This document shows positions 1 through 9,134 of a stretch of DNA of 64,000 nt, piece by piece. Position 1 is the first letter of the stretch. Each line of letters begins with the position of its first letter. A program made the position numbers and the translations under genes. This stretch comes from Candidatus Blackallbacteria bacterium (GTDB lineage Bacteria; Cyanobacteriota; Sericytochromatia; UBA7694), in assembly GCA_051715345.1 (NCBI GenBank), contig JBPXJQ010000029.1, positions 37,240-101,239 of the forward strand, written 5' to 3'. The notes under the pieces were generated by a model. It was not told the origin of the DNA. It was given only the letters and a program-made list of their open reading frames with translations, and did not search any database.

Positions 1-180
1 CCGAGTTCATAATGGGTCATGGCCATGCCCGTGCCAAAGAACAGCACGGGGGTGCCCAAAAACAGGCTGAAATGCACCATGGGATACAGCCAACCAGGAG
101 GCTGAAATACACGTGTTGTGGCGTCAAGAAAGTGGCTTTCTTGATGGTCGAGTTCGGCAAAAATATCTGTAAATTTCATT
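1..180 (-). CDS. Hypothetical protein, N-terminal part only; the gene continues past the window start
   Basis: Reverse-strand reading frame opens with ATG at 178-180 (MKFTDIFAELDHQESHFLDATTRVFQPPGWLYPMVHFSLFLGTPVLFFGTGMAMTHYELG) and runs off the window edge. It has a hydrophobic C-terminal stretch. I prefer it to the low-complexity plus-strand ORF 12-215. Confidence 0.3.
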
Positions 181-430
181 TTTTCACTCTGTTTAGAGAT
201 ACGCACAAATCATAGCGATTTTCAGCAACCATGACCAGGGGTGGCCTCGAAAACCTCTGTTTTTGAGGAAAGCCTGTGAGCGTAAAACGAAGACTTTGAG
301 CTCGGCTCCCCAGAAAATTGGAACCAGTGAAGTTTCAGCAGAGATTATTTTGCCTCAAATTGGGTATACTAAAAACAAGCACGCATTCGTACAGAACATT
401 TAATTTGAGAGTTATCCCAGGAGGCCTTCC

Positions 431-1141
431 ATGGACCAGCAACGTGTCAACAATCTCGATTCAGCCCAAGCCTATCAGCAGGCCCAACTTGTTCGCGAAC
501 AGGAACGCAATGATGATATCAGCAAACTGATTCTGGCTGGTCCTGCCGCTGCTCAGCAAGTGCAGAATGTGCCCAGCGCGGCTGAAGAAGCAGCTGAGTC
601 AGCCCCGACAGATCGGATTGAACTGACCGGCAAAGAGCCCCCTGTTGCACCGGCCCAAGGTCTCAAAACGCCTGAAGTCGGGCAGCCTTTGACAGTCCAA
701 GCAGGAGATATTTCTTTTAGAGTGGATGGCCGCGGTGCTGCTGTGGCTCTGCAAGAACGACTCGCCGCTGAGAAAAACACCCCCCAATTTGCAGAAACCG
801 CTCAAGCACTGGGTGTGAGTGATATCGCCGCTTTCGAGCGTGCCGTAGAAAAGGGAGATGCGCTCGAAACCTTTGCCTTGGTTGATCCCAGCAATATTTA
901 TCTGGTGGATGCCCAACGCCGTGAGATTAACGCAAATGACCTGTCTGCTTTTGCCAACGCCGAATTGGTGATTCGCCCCCGTGGGTCCGAAAGCCCAGGC
1001 CAAGCTGATCCTGCTGAAAAACTCTTGGAGCGGCTTGAAAATCCTGTCTTGGCGAGGATCAATGATCCGGCTCTGCAGGCCCAAGATGCCTTGGCCAATC
1101 GCCCTCCTCAGCCTATGGATACCCAACAGATTGTTGGCTAA
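431..1141 (+). CDS. Hypothetical protein, Ala/Gln-rich, no transmembrane segment seen
   Basis: ATG at 431 sits 7 nt after a strong RBS, AGGAGG at 419-424. Long ORF with no recognisable motif. Confidence 0.5.
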   Translation: MDQQRVNNLDSAQAYQQAQLVREQERNDDISKLILAGPAAAQQVQNVPSAAEEAAESAPTDRIELTGKEPPVAPAQGLKTPEVGQPLTVQAGDISFRVDGRGAAVALQERLAAEKNTPQFAETAQALGVSDIAAFERAVEKGDALETFALVDPSNIYLVDAQRREINANDLSAFANAELVIRPRGSESPGQADPAEKLLERLENPVLARINDPALQAQDALANRPPQPMDTQQIVG

Positions 1142-1153
1142 CGACTTTTAAGC

Positions 1154-1203
1154 TTCAACCCCCATATCAGTGTCCCGTGATTGTTTGGCGCTTGGGGGTT
1201 GAA
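1154..1203 (+). terminator. Stem-loop after gene 431-1141: 11-bp perfect stem (TTCAACCCCCA / TGGGGGTTGAA) with a 28-nt loop
   Basis: The inverted repeat is visible in the sequence. The downstream T-run is weak (TGGTTT), so this may be an attenuator or a protein-binding hairpin rather than an intrinsic terminator. Confidence 0.3.
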
Positions 1204-1248
1204 TGGTTTAAACTGGGAGCACAGCTATCTACCAGAAACTGAGGTGCT

Positions 1249-2148
1249 GTGCACATGCACGTAGAAGATATTCGCATTCCCGGCTCGACCACTTTGGCAG
1301 CCAAACTTTATGTCCCCCAAGAAGAGGGTGTTTTCCCTGGCATTTTGCTCTGTCACGGCTTTGCCTCATGCAAGGAAGAATATATGGCTCTTCCCCACGC
1401 TTTGGCGCAAAAGGGCTTTGCCGTTCTCAACTTTGATTTTTCAGGCCATGGCGAAAGCACTGGACCTCGCGGTTTTGTCAGTGAACACAGCCATCTGGAC
1501 GATACCTTGCGGGCCTATCAGACCTTGATTGATCGCCCCGAAGTGGATCTCAGTCGCACCGCTTTGATTGGACACAGTTTGGGTACAGCTGCTGTTCTGC
1601 GCTTTCTCTCAACCAAGGTTTCAAAACATGTTCAGGCCACCGTGCTTTTGGCTCCCATGCACCAGATTCGGCAGAGTGTCTTGGGTATTGAAAAACAGGC
1701 CTATTTTTTGCTCTCACAGGCTGCTAAACCCTGGCTCAAATTGACAGGTCGGCACAGTTATATCCCTTATAAAGTCACGGCCAAAGACATTTATACCAGC
1801 ACCGAGGCCATGGCCCGTGCCAAAACTCAAAAGCTCCTCATGACCAGTATCTCCGTGCACAATTACACCTACTTGATGGAAAAACAGGACAATGTGCTCT
1901 ATGCCCAACATGTGAGCACCCCAGCCCTGGTAATTGCCGCTGAAAAAGACAGTTTGATACCCACTGTCTTTAGCAAAGCCGTCTTTGATGCCTTGGCCAG
2001 CCAAGACAAAGAATTCCACATCCTTCAGGGTTCGGGTCACTCTATGTTGGGCGATCGGCAAGCCAAAGAGGTCACTGGCATGATCTGTGATTGGCTGGGC
2101 CAACATCTACAGTCAGCCAAGGATGCCCCTCTGCCCCAGGAGGCCTGA
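1249..2148 (+). CDS. Alpha/beta-hydrolase fold enzyme, dienelactone-hydrolase/esterase-like
   Basis: LLCHGFASCKEEY segment and the GHSLG nucleophile elbow (GxSxG). Start is GTG 1249 or ATG 1255, after a GAGG RBS. Confidence 0.6.
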   Translation: MHMHVEDIRIPGSTTLAAKLYVPQEEGVFPGILLCHGFASCKEEYMALPHALAQKGFAVLNFDFSGHGESTGPRGFVSEHSHLDDTLRAYQTLIDRPEVDLSRTALIGHSLGTAAVLRFLSTKVSKHVQATVLLAPMHQIRQSVLGIEKQAYFLLSQAAKPWLKLTGRHSYIPYKVTAKDIYTSTEAMARAKTQKLLMTSISVHNYTYLMEKQDNVLYAQHVSTPALVIAAEKDSLIPTVFSKAVFDALASQDKEFHILQGSGHSMLGDRQAKEVTGMICDWLGQHLQSAKDAPLPQEA

Positions 2149-2151
2149 GCG

Positions 2152-3012
2152 ATGTCTGTCCGTTTGCTGGCTGGGTTCATAGCCGGATTTTTGGCCTTTG
2201 GCAGTGTTTTTCCCACTTCGGCAGCAGAAATGCCTGCTGCCCTCTATGTGGGTTATCCCATGGAGGGGTTGGAGCCTGTTGTCTTGGTGGATCCAATTAC
2301 CCAAAAATTGAGTTCCCCTTCGCGTGAATACCGCACGGCCCAAGATTTTTTTCAGAGGTCCCTGCCTTTGAGTACCGAATTGGAACTCTTTCAAAATGGG
2401 GAAGTCAAAAACCTCTTTACCAGTGGCCCATATCAATTCAGCCAAGAGCGCTGTACGGGTTCGGGGGTCTTTCAAGGCAGTTTTAAACACAGCGATAAAA
2501 GTCTGATGCCGCTTTTGGCTTTTTCTCCTGCTTTTCCAGGGCCGCGCAAATATCCAGGTGGGTATCCTTCCCAGCGTTTTGATCAAATTGCCCGCCAATT
2601 GACCCGCGAGACCTATCAAAAGCGTGGGGTCAAAGCTGCCCAGTTGAAACAATTGCGCATTCGCAAAATTCTGCCCTTTGCACTGGACAATGGGACCAGT
2701 ATTCAGTTTGCGGTTAGCAGTGTGATCGGTTCGGGTGCTTCAGCCTGCCCAAGCCATTCGCTTTTGCTCGTGGTGGAAAAAGTGGGGCGGCGCTACGTGC
2801 GCCGTCTGGAAAAATACCGGGCAGATCAAGGCAAAGGCGCCTGTTTTGCCTATGACTTTCTTAGCTCTTTTGCAACGGGACCCAGTGTTGATAAAATCCT
2901 GATACAGGGCTCTTCCCACACCGCTCGTTGGTATGAAATCTTGCAAAGGCAAAACCTGGGAGCTTATAAAACGCTCTATACCGGCGGGGGACGCAGCTGT
3001 CAGCGCCCTTAA
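2152..3012 (+). CDS. Secreted hypothetical protein
   Basis: N-terminal signal peptide MSVRLLAGFIAGFLAFGSVFPTSAAE. Starts 4 nt after the stop of the hydrolase gene, so the two are co-operonic. Confidence 0.5.
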   Translation: MSVRLLAGFIAGFLAFGSVFPTSAAEMPAALYVGYPMEGLEPVVLVDPITQKLSSPSREYRTAQDFFQRSLPLSTELELFQNGEVKNLFTSGPYQFSQERCTGSGVFQGSFKHSDKSLMPLLAFSPAFPGPRKYPGGYPSQRFDQIARQLTRETYQKRGVKAAQLKQLRIRKILPFALDNGTSIQFAVSSVIGSGASACPSHSLLLVVEKVGRRYVRRLEKYRADQGKGACFAYDFLSSFATGPSVDKILIQGSSHTARWYEILQRQNLGAYKTLYTGGGRSCQRP

Positions 3013-3104
3013 ACTTTTCATTTATTTTTTCAAATTAACGAAAGTTTAACCTCTCTCTAAACTATAACTAATGATGTAACACCCCCCCAGAATGGAAAAC
3101 GGCA

Positions 3105-4466
3105 GTGTACGTCAGCGCAACATCAAGCCTCGCAAATATTCAATTTAAGCCCGCAACCAGCGCACAGCCCACTGTGTCGGCTTCTCAGCCTGCCGTTTCT
3201 CCTTATGCAAGCCAAGATACTTGGACCCCCCGTTTAATCGGCGACAATACCATTCAAGCCCAGGGCAAAAATGTCGGCCTGCGCATCATTGGCAAAACCC
3301 TCGGCCTCAAAGCCGAATATATGGAAGCTTCTTTCCATGACAAAACCCCCAATACCCCGATTGATATCGAAGAACTGGACTTTGATTTACATATCAAAGC
3401 TGGTGTGGCTTCGGTCTCGGATGTCGATGCCACCTTGACGGTTGAACGTTTACTCAATCGCAAGACGGAAGGCAGCAACAAAAAACCGCTGGTCAAAGAT
3501 CTGCGCGTGACCTTCAATCCCAACAATGAAGTGCGCGTCGAAGGCAAAGTGCGGGCCTTGGGTATGAATCTGCCGATTGATATCAAAGGCACCGTTTCAG
3601 CTACTTCTGCTGGTGAAATCCGCTATGATCTGGGCAAAGCCAAAGTGGCGGGCATCGGCTTAAATGGTCTGATGTCAGTTACAGGTATGAACCTTGACAA
3701 ATTACTCAAATTGCACAATCCCAACGAAGGCTATTATTCACAGGGCAATTCACTTTTCGTCAATCTGGGCACCACAGTTAGCAATCTGGAGGATGCAATC
3801 GGCCTTCAAGCCAATGTTCACGGTGTGAGCACGCATCTGGGCCGCTTACAATTGGTGGTTGGCGATACCCCGGAAGACGCTGCCCGCGCCTTGCGTGAAA
3901 AACAACAAACAGAACCTGCTTATGTCAAAGCCACAGCCGGTCATGCTTATATCGACGGCTTCTTTCTCAAAGAGGGCAAACTCAATATTTATGACCTGAC
4001 CCCTTCCACCCCTCTTGGCCTCAATGTGGTCGGTAAAGAGCGCAGCATTCAGGTTAAAAGTGGCTTTATTGGCATCTCCGATGCCCGTTTTGAAGAGCTG
4101 ATCAAAGACGAAATTGGTGAAACCGATGATTTTACCGATATCGACACCAACTTGAAAAATGACGGGGCTCACCTCAAAGGCAAATTGTTTGGTGCTGTGC
4201 CCGTTTCAATGAACCTCAAATTTGGCCGCACAGATGAAGGCCAATTGATGTTTACCCCCCACAGTCCCAAAGCGATTGGCTTTATCCCCTTGCCTCTGGG
4301 CTTGGTGCGTGAAAAAGTCCAGAAATTGGTCAAAACCGGCACACCATATGGCGATGGCGTGGCAATCAAAGGAATGAGCGGGATTGACCTCGGTTATATC
4401 TCTCAATTGGTCCACCAGAATGGTTATATCGTGATGGAAGCGACCGAAAAACCCCAACAGAATTGA
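3105..4466 (+). CDS. Hypothetical protein of about 450 aa
   Basis: Long uninterrupted ORF with a GTG start, after an AT-rich intergenic region. No motif recognised. Confidence 0.45.
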   Translation: MYVSATSSLANIQFKPATSAQPTVSASQPAVSPYASQDTWTPRLIGDNTIQAQGKNVGLRIIGKTLGLKAEYMEASFHDKTPNTPIDIEELDFDLHIKAGVASVSDVDATLTVERLLNRKTEGSNKKPLVKDLRVTFNPNNEVRVEGKVRALGMNLPIDIKGTVSATSAGEIRYDLGKAKVAGIGLNGLMSVTGMNLDKLLKLHNPNEGYYSQGNSLFVNLGTTVSNLEDAIGLQANVHGVSTHLGRLQLVVGDTPEDAARALREKQQTEPAYVKATAGHAYIDGFFLKEGKLNIYDLTPSTPLGLNVVGKERSIQVKSGFIGISDARFEELIKDEIGETDDFTDIDTNLKNDGAHLKGKLFGAVPVSMNLKFGRTDEGQLMFTPHSPKAIGFIPLPLGLVREKVQKLVKTGTPYGDGVAIKGMSGIDLGYISQLVHQNGYIVMEATEKPQQN

Positions 4467-4499
4467 GTTCGACTCGATTTAAACTCCCAAGGACATTTT

Positions 4500-4847
4500 A
4501 TGAGTGAAGTGACAATTTTTGACCGCGTTTTGGCAGGTGAAATCCCCGCCCAAGTGGTCTACGAAGATGAACATGTCTTGGCCTTTCAAGACATCATGCC
4601 CCAGGCACCTGTACATGTCTTGGTGATTCCCAAACAAAAAAAACGCTGCTACGACGATTTGGCCGATACCAACGCCGAAGACGTCGGGCATCTCTTTGTG
4701 GGAGCTGCCCGCGCCGCCCGTGCTTTGGGCTTGGCCGAAAATGGCTACCGTGTGGTGATCAACCATGGCCGTGATGGTCAACAGACAGTGGACTATATCC
4801 ACCTGCATCTGCTGGCGGGCCGTCAGATGATGTGGCCTCCCGGCTAA
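4500..4847 (+). CDS. HIT-family (histidine triad) nucleotide hydrolase, HinT-like
   Basis: C-terminal histidine triad DYIHLHLLAG (HxHxHxx). RBS AAGGA sits before ATG 4500. Confidence 0.75.
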   Translation: MSEVTIFDRVLAGEIPAQVVYEDEHVLAFQDIMPQAPVHVLVIPKQKKRCYDDLADTNAEDVGHLFVGAARAARALGLAENGYRVVINHGRDGQQTVDYIHLHLLAGRQMMWPPG

Positions 4848-4860
4848 AACGCCTCTTTTT

Positions 4861-5736
4861 ATGTCTGCCCCTTGGGTTTCTGCCCACTCATTTTTTCGTC
4901 TTTTGGGCGGGGCCCTGCTGATTCTGTTGACTTGGATCGGGCTGGGGTCATTTGTCTCGCTCTATTTAATGGGACAGTGGCAAGTGACTTTTTTGACCGG
5001 CTCAGCGCTGTTATTGTATTTGGCGATTCATGCCGGGTTTGTCTGTTTTGCCCTGAGTTATATCGCCGTTCAATTGGGTTTGAACCAGCAACCTTGGCAA
5101 TTTTTGTTTTGTCCCAGTGGACGGCCTTGGCGCATGGGGGCTTTCTGGGAAACTTTGGGAGTTTGGATCGGCTTGCTGCTGGTCTCTTCAGGCTTAGAAG
5201 CCCTGCTCTACCCAGGCAGTGTGGTTTTTAAAGGATTGGTGCCGGATTGGCCACTTTGGCTCTTGGCAATTTGTCTGTTGACCCCTTTGCAGGTTTGGTC
5301 AGAAGAAAGCTTTTTTCGGGTCTATTTGCCCAGCTTATTTTTGCGCTTATTCCAATCGTTGGGCCTCCATTCTAAAGTGGGAATGGCTTTGACCATTGGC
5401 TTGAGCGCTCTTTGTTTTGCCTTGGTGCATTTGCAGAATCCCGAGTTAAATACCCCTGCTGCCTGGCTGGTTGTGGGCTATTATTTGCTCTTTGCCACCC
5501 TGGCTGCTTTACTCTTGCTCTGGGATCAAGGCTTGGAGCGTGTTTTGGCTTGGCACCTGGGAACCAATCTCTTTGCTTTTTTAATACTCAGCTATGATTT
5601 GGCCGCCATTCGTACCCCTGCACTCTTTCATTCCTCGCGCTTTGATCCCGTTTGGAATTTGGGCCAATTTGTTCTACTCTCACTTCTGGGCTGTGGGATA
5701 CTGTATCTGAGAAAAAACAGGGAGTCTGCTGTATGA
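4861..5736 (+). CDS. CPBP-family (CAAX/Abi) intramembrane glutamic protease
   Basis: Polytopic membrane protein with the three CPBP motifs: EESFFRVYL (EExxxR), FALVHLQN (FxxxH...N) and a downstream His. Confidence 0.65.
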   Translation: MSAPWVSAHSFFRLLGGALLILLTWIGLGSFVSLYLMGQWQVTFLTGSALLLYLAIHAGFVCFALSYIAVQLGLNQQPWQFLFCPSGRPWRMGAFWETLGVWIGLLLVSSGLEALLYPGSVVFKGLVPDWPLWLLAICLLTPLQVWSEESFFRVYLPSLFLRLFQSLGLHSKVGMALTIGLSALCFALVHLQNPELNTPAAWLVVGYYLLFATLAALLLLWDQGLERVLAWHLGTNLFAFLILSYDLAAIRTPALFHSSRFDPVWNLGQFVLLSLLGCGILYLRKNRESAV

Positions 5737-6869
5737 TTTGGGATGTAGCCGTCATGGGGCTTGGGGCGATGGGCAGCGCGATCAGCTATTATCTGTCCCA
5801 GCAAGGTGCGTCAGTGGTGGGCTTGGACCGCTTTGACCCGCCCCACAATTTTGGCTCATCCCATGGCCAGACCCGGGTCATTCGCGAGGCCTATTTCGAG
5901 CACCCAGCTTACGTTCCGCTCTTGCAAACGGCTTATACCAATTGGGAAAATCTCGAGGCTGAGAGTGGTCTTTCGCTCTTGTTACAAACCGGGGGCTTGA
6001 TGCTCGGCAAACCTGACAGCACGTTAATTCAAGGCTCGCGTGAGAGTGCTGAACGCTACGGCATTGCCCACGAAATCTTGAGCCAGCACGAAATCATGTC
6101 CCGGTATTCTGCCTTTTCTCTGCCTGCAGACATGGTCGGTCTCTATGAACAGCGAGCAGGGTTGCTGTATCCCGAAAAATGTATCGCCAGCTATCTCGAT
6201 TTGGCCCGTCGGGCGGGTGCCGAAATTTTGACAAACCAACCGCTGCTGAACTGGCAAAGAGAGGGCTCTGGCTTTGTCTTACAGACCTCAGAATCCGAAT
6301 TGCGCTGTGAGAAGTTGGTGATTGCATCTGGGGCCTGGACGGGTTCGCTCTTGCCTGAATTGGCTTTGCCTTTGCAGGTCACCCGGCAGGTGCTCTTTTG
6401 GTTTGAAACCCCTGAACCCAATCCCTTTGCCATCGGCCAATTCCCGATCTTTTTATTGGAGTATGGTCCCGACGAATTTCTCTACGGCTTTCCCGATCAG
6501 GGGGAGGGTTTTAAAATTGCCCAGCACCTGCCGGGCAGACCCCAAGATCCTGATCTGCTCAGCCAAAGCGTTGAACCTGCTGAAATTGTGCAAATGACAG
6601 AATTTCTAACACGTTTTTTTCCTGCCCTCAGCAGCAAACACCCTGCTAAACTGAGCCAAACGGCGGTCTGTATGTATACCAACACCCCAGATGGGCATTT
6701 CCTGATCGACAGACATCCCGAACATGAATCTCTCTGGTTGGTCAGTCCCTGTTCGGGGCATGGTTTTAAATTTGCAAGTGCCCTGGGAGATGTTTTGGCC
6801 AGGGCCGTTTTGGCCGAGCGCCCCGCCCCCGAATTGGACTTTTTTAGTTTGGCTCGGCTCCGGGTTTAA
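5733..6869 (+). CDS. solA: N-methyl-L-tryptophan oxidase / monomeric sarcosine oxidase (FAD, covalent flavin)
   Basis: N-terminal GxGxxG (DVAVMGLGAMGSAISYY) and a C-terminus SGHGFKFASALGDVLARAV...DFFSLARL that closely matches E. coli SolA. The Cys for covalent FAD is present (VCMYTNTPDGHF). Start moved from 5652 to ATG 5733, overlapping the upstream stop. Confidence 0.75.
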   Translation: MIWDVAVMGLGAMGSAISYYLSQQGASVVGLDRFDPPHNFGSSHGQTRVIREAYFEHPAYVPLLQTAYTNWENLEAESGLSLLLQTGGLMLGKPDSTLIQGSRESAERYGIAHEILSQHEIMSRYSAFSLPADMVGLYEQRAGLLYPEKCIASYLDLARRAGAEILTNQPLLNWQREGSGFVLQTSESELRCEKLVIASGAWTGSLLPELALPLQVTRQVLFWFETPEPNPFAIGQFPIFLLEYGPDEFLYGFPDQGEGFKIAQHLPGRPQDPDLLSQSVEPAEIVQMTEFLTRFFPALSSKHPAKLSQTAVCMYTNTPDGHFLIDRHPEHESLWLVSPCSGHGFKFASALGDVLARAVLAERPAPELDFFSLARLRV

Positions 6870-7902
6870 GCAGCGATTCCACGGTTTTTATGGCGGTCTG
6901 CATGCGTTGTTCCCAACTGCCAGATATGAGCGTATAGGGCAGATTTTGGCTTTTGAGTAGGGCTTGGCAGCGGGCGAAAAAATCGTCCCCTCCTTGGGGC
7001 AGGTATCGTACTTCGTCATCGACCCAAGGCACATCTGGGGCACACAGCAGATAATGATCAAAGTGCTGACGCTTTGCCAAGGCTTCGATTGTCCTGTCTC
7101 GGTGCTGAAAGAGCACATCATTCCAAATGGTGGTGACCCAGATCTCCGTGTCATAAACGATCAACCCTTGCGTCGATTGCTTGAGAGCCTGAGCTTCGAT
7201 TGCTTTTTGGGTGGCCCATTGGCCGCGGGCAATCTGGGGCATGTCTGCGACTACGGGCCGCATGCCTTTGGCCTCGATCCAGGTTCGGGCGTATTCGGGC
7301 ACCCATTGTCCTTTAAAATGGCTTGCCAGGTTTTGGGCCAGGGTACTTTTGCCTGTAGACTCAGGCCCCATCACAGCCACCCTTTTGAGATAGTGGCGCC
7401 GAACTGGGGGAGGCAACATATCCCAGTGTTTGTGTGGGTTTGCACGAATGGCTGTGCCGCTGATTTGAAAATTTTCGCGGCCGGGATCGACGGGCATAAA
7501 TTGCGCACCCAGTACCTCTGCCAATTTCCAACCATAGTCGTCGGAGGCAAAGACCAGATCGGGTCTTTGGGGTAAAATACGCTCCAGGCTGGCTTGCCAA
7601 ATTTGCCAAAAATGGGGGTCTTCGTGAGGGTATTGGGGGTTTTCGTCACTGAGGTGAAGGACCTGCAACTGTGGATAAATGGAAGGAGGAAAGATTTCTT
7701 GAAGCATCTTCACACGCAATTCTCCGGCGATACTTTCACTTTTTAGGCTTCCCAGCACAACACAGAGATGGTCCACGGTCTGCAGGGCAAATTCAATCAG
7801 GTAGAGATGGCCGCGGTGGGGGGGTAAAAATTTGCCCAAAATCATGCCAAAGGAACCGGGTTTTGGATGCTGAAATTCAGTCATTTCGTTGTTTTTGTCC
7901 AT
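6844..7902 (-). CDS. nadR: NadR-type bifunctional NMN adenylyltransferase / ribosylnicotinamide kinase with no N-terminal HTH
   Basis: Nucleotidyltransferase HxGH motif (GKFLPPHRGHLYLIEFA) followed by a P-loop kinase module (VAVMGPESTGKSTLAQNL). Confidence 0.6.
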   Translation of the reverse strand: MDKNNEMTEFQHPKPGSFGMILGKFLPPHRGHLYLIEFALQTVDHLCVVLGSLKSESIAGELRVKMLQEIFPPSIYPQLQVLHLSDENPQYPHEDPHFWQIWQASLERILPQRPDLVFASDDYGWKLAEVLGAQFMPVDPGRENFQISGTAIRANPHKHWDMLPPPVRRHYLKRVAVMGPESTGKSTLAQNLASHFKGQWVPEYARTWIEAKGMRPVVADMPQIARGQWATQKAIEAQALKQSTQGLIVYDTEIWVTTIWNDVLFQHRDRTIEALAKRQHFDHYLLCAPDVPWVDDEVRYLPQGGDDFFARCQALLKSQNLPYTLISGSWEQRMQTAIKTVESLLKPGAEPN

Positions 7903-8087
7903 TTGTGACTTTTATTACAAGTATATTTTACATTTTTTCCTCTGGTATTCAAGGATCCAACAGGTTAAGATATATGTAAGAAGTTATAAAATCTCTCAGA
8001 TCTGGCTGCAATCTCGCTGTGATCTCTGAGCGGTTTTGGAAAAGTGAATTGAATCAGATGAATTGGTGCCACAGCACAGAAGCAAAA

Positions 8088-9125
8088 ATGCCCAAGCGAC
8101 TGGCTTTTCTGGGTTGTGCTTTGGGTTTGATTTTTCTCGGGCCGGCCTGTGCCCAGGCTCTGTCTGCCGCTGCTCCCTCTTTGCCAACCCCACCGCAAAC
8201 CTTGTTGGCGCCCATTCCAGGGCATATCCGTCCTTCGGTTTACCTCACTCCAGCTCCGCCTTCTCCCGCAGATTTTCATTTGCGTGAAGTGCAAGAATTG
8301 CAGCGACGTTATGGAATTCATGCCGCTCAAAACCCAGTCAATCAGGCTGTTACTTTGGCCACAGATAGCTTGGGCTGGCGCGATCATCAGGCTTTAATGA
8401 CAATCTCCAGCTATGCCGATGTGATTCAAACAGCCGCTCAAAAAGAAAATCTCAATCCTGCCGTTTTGGCTGCCATTCTCTTTGATGAAATCCGTCACCA
8501 AAAGCCAACAGAAGAAGTCATGACTCAGTTGGGGCTGGCTCAAACTCTGGGCCTGGCCCAGATCAGTCTGCGCGAGTTGGTGATGCAGGGATTTTTTGAT
8601 AGCGACTTGCGTCAATTGCACGCCAAGGGCCATTTTGATGTGGCATTGCAAGATCTTCAGGCCACAGGCAGACTGGCCTCAAACAAAAATTTTCGCAAAA
8701 TCAGTTTAAAAGAATTGCACACCTATTTGCTCCCACCCCAAATTTTGGCTCATTTGCCAGCCGAACTGATCGAAAAAGGCCAAGCCGCTCTGCTTGACCC
8801 GCATGAAAATATACAGATTTTGGCCCGTCAATTGGCCCGGGTGCGTCAACAACAGGGTATTTCTGCACAGCAGCGGTTTGAAAATTTAGATAAATTTGCT
8901 GTGGCGCACAGTCTGGCTCGGGTGGTTATTTTTCACAATGGCCGTATGGATTATGCCCATAAGATTCTCAATACTTTGCGTCTGCCCCAGCTCGAAGTGG
9001 CCCTGAGCGGCTGCTACCATGCCCGTCATCGGGGCACAGAGGCGGTTGAACTTGAACCCAAACCCGCGCAAGGGGCCCAATCAACTTATCAAACCCGGTA
9101 TTTGCCTTGGTTGAACAAAGGCTGA
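8088..9125 (+). CDS. Secreted protein, possibly lytic-transglycosylase (SLT)-like
   Basis: Signal peptide MPKRLAFLGCALGLIFLGPACAQA. Weak SLT-like E-x-x-NP-AV segment (KENLNPAVLAAIL) and LGLAQTLGLAQ. Start moved from 8019 to ATG 8088. Confidence 0.35.
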   Translation: MPKRLAFLGCALGLIFLGPACAQALSAAAPSLPTPPQTLLAPIPGHIRPSVYLTPAPPSPADFHLREVQELQRRYGIHAAQNPVNQAVTLATDSLGWRDHQALMTISSYADVIQTAAQKENLNPAVLAAILFDEIRHQKPTEEVMTQLGLAQTLGLAQISLRELVMQGFFDSDLRQLHAKGHFDVALQDLQATGRLASNKNFRKISLKELHTYLLPPQILAHLPAELIEKGQAALLDPHENIQILARQLARVRQQQGISAQQRFENLDKFAVAHSLARVVIFHNGRMDYAHKILNTLRLPQLEVALSGCYHARHRGTEAVELEPKPAQGAQSTYQTRYLPWLNKG

Positions 9126-9134
9126 AATTTGGGG

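Noticed and set aside
12-215. Plus-strand 67-aa ORF at the window start
   Set aside because: Low-complexity, His/Lys-rich translation with no RBS. The opposite strand carries a more convincing reading frame that runs off the window edge (feature 1-180, minus).
599-1126. Minus-strand ORFs (175 aa, 66 aa, 75 aa) lying inside gene 431-1141
   Set aside because: Antisense to a gene with a strong RBS. No start signals of their own. Typical shadow ORFs.
4441-4500. Possible tRNA-like GAGTTCGACTCG segment between genes
   Set aside because: No cloverleaf can be built: no acceptor stem complement, D-arm or anticodon arm. This is just the short intergenic spacer before the HIT gene.
5652-5732. Upstream extension of the solA-like ORF starting at 5652
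   Set aside because: It would overlap 85 nt of the CPBP gene. The homologous SolA N-terminus (GxGxxG) begins right at ATG 5733.
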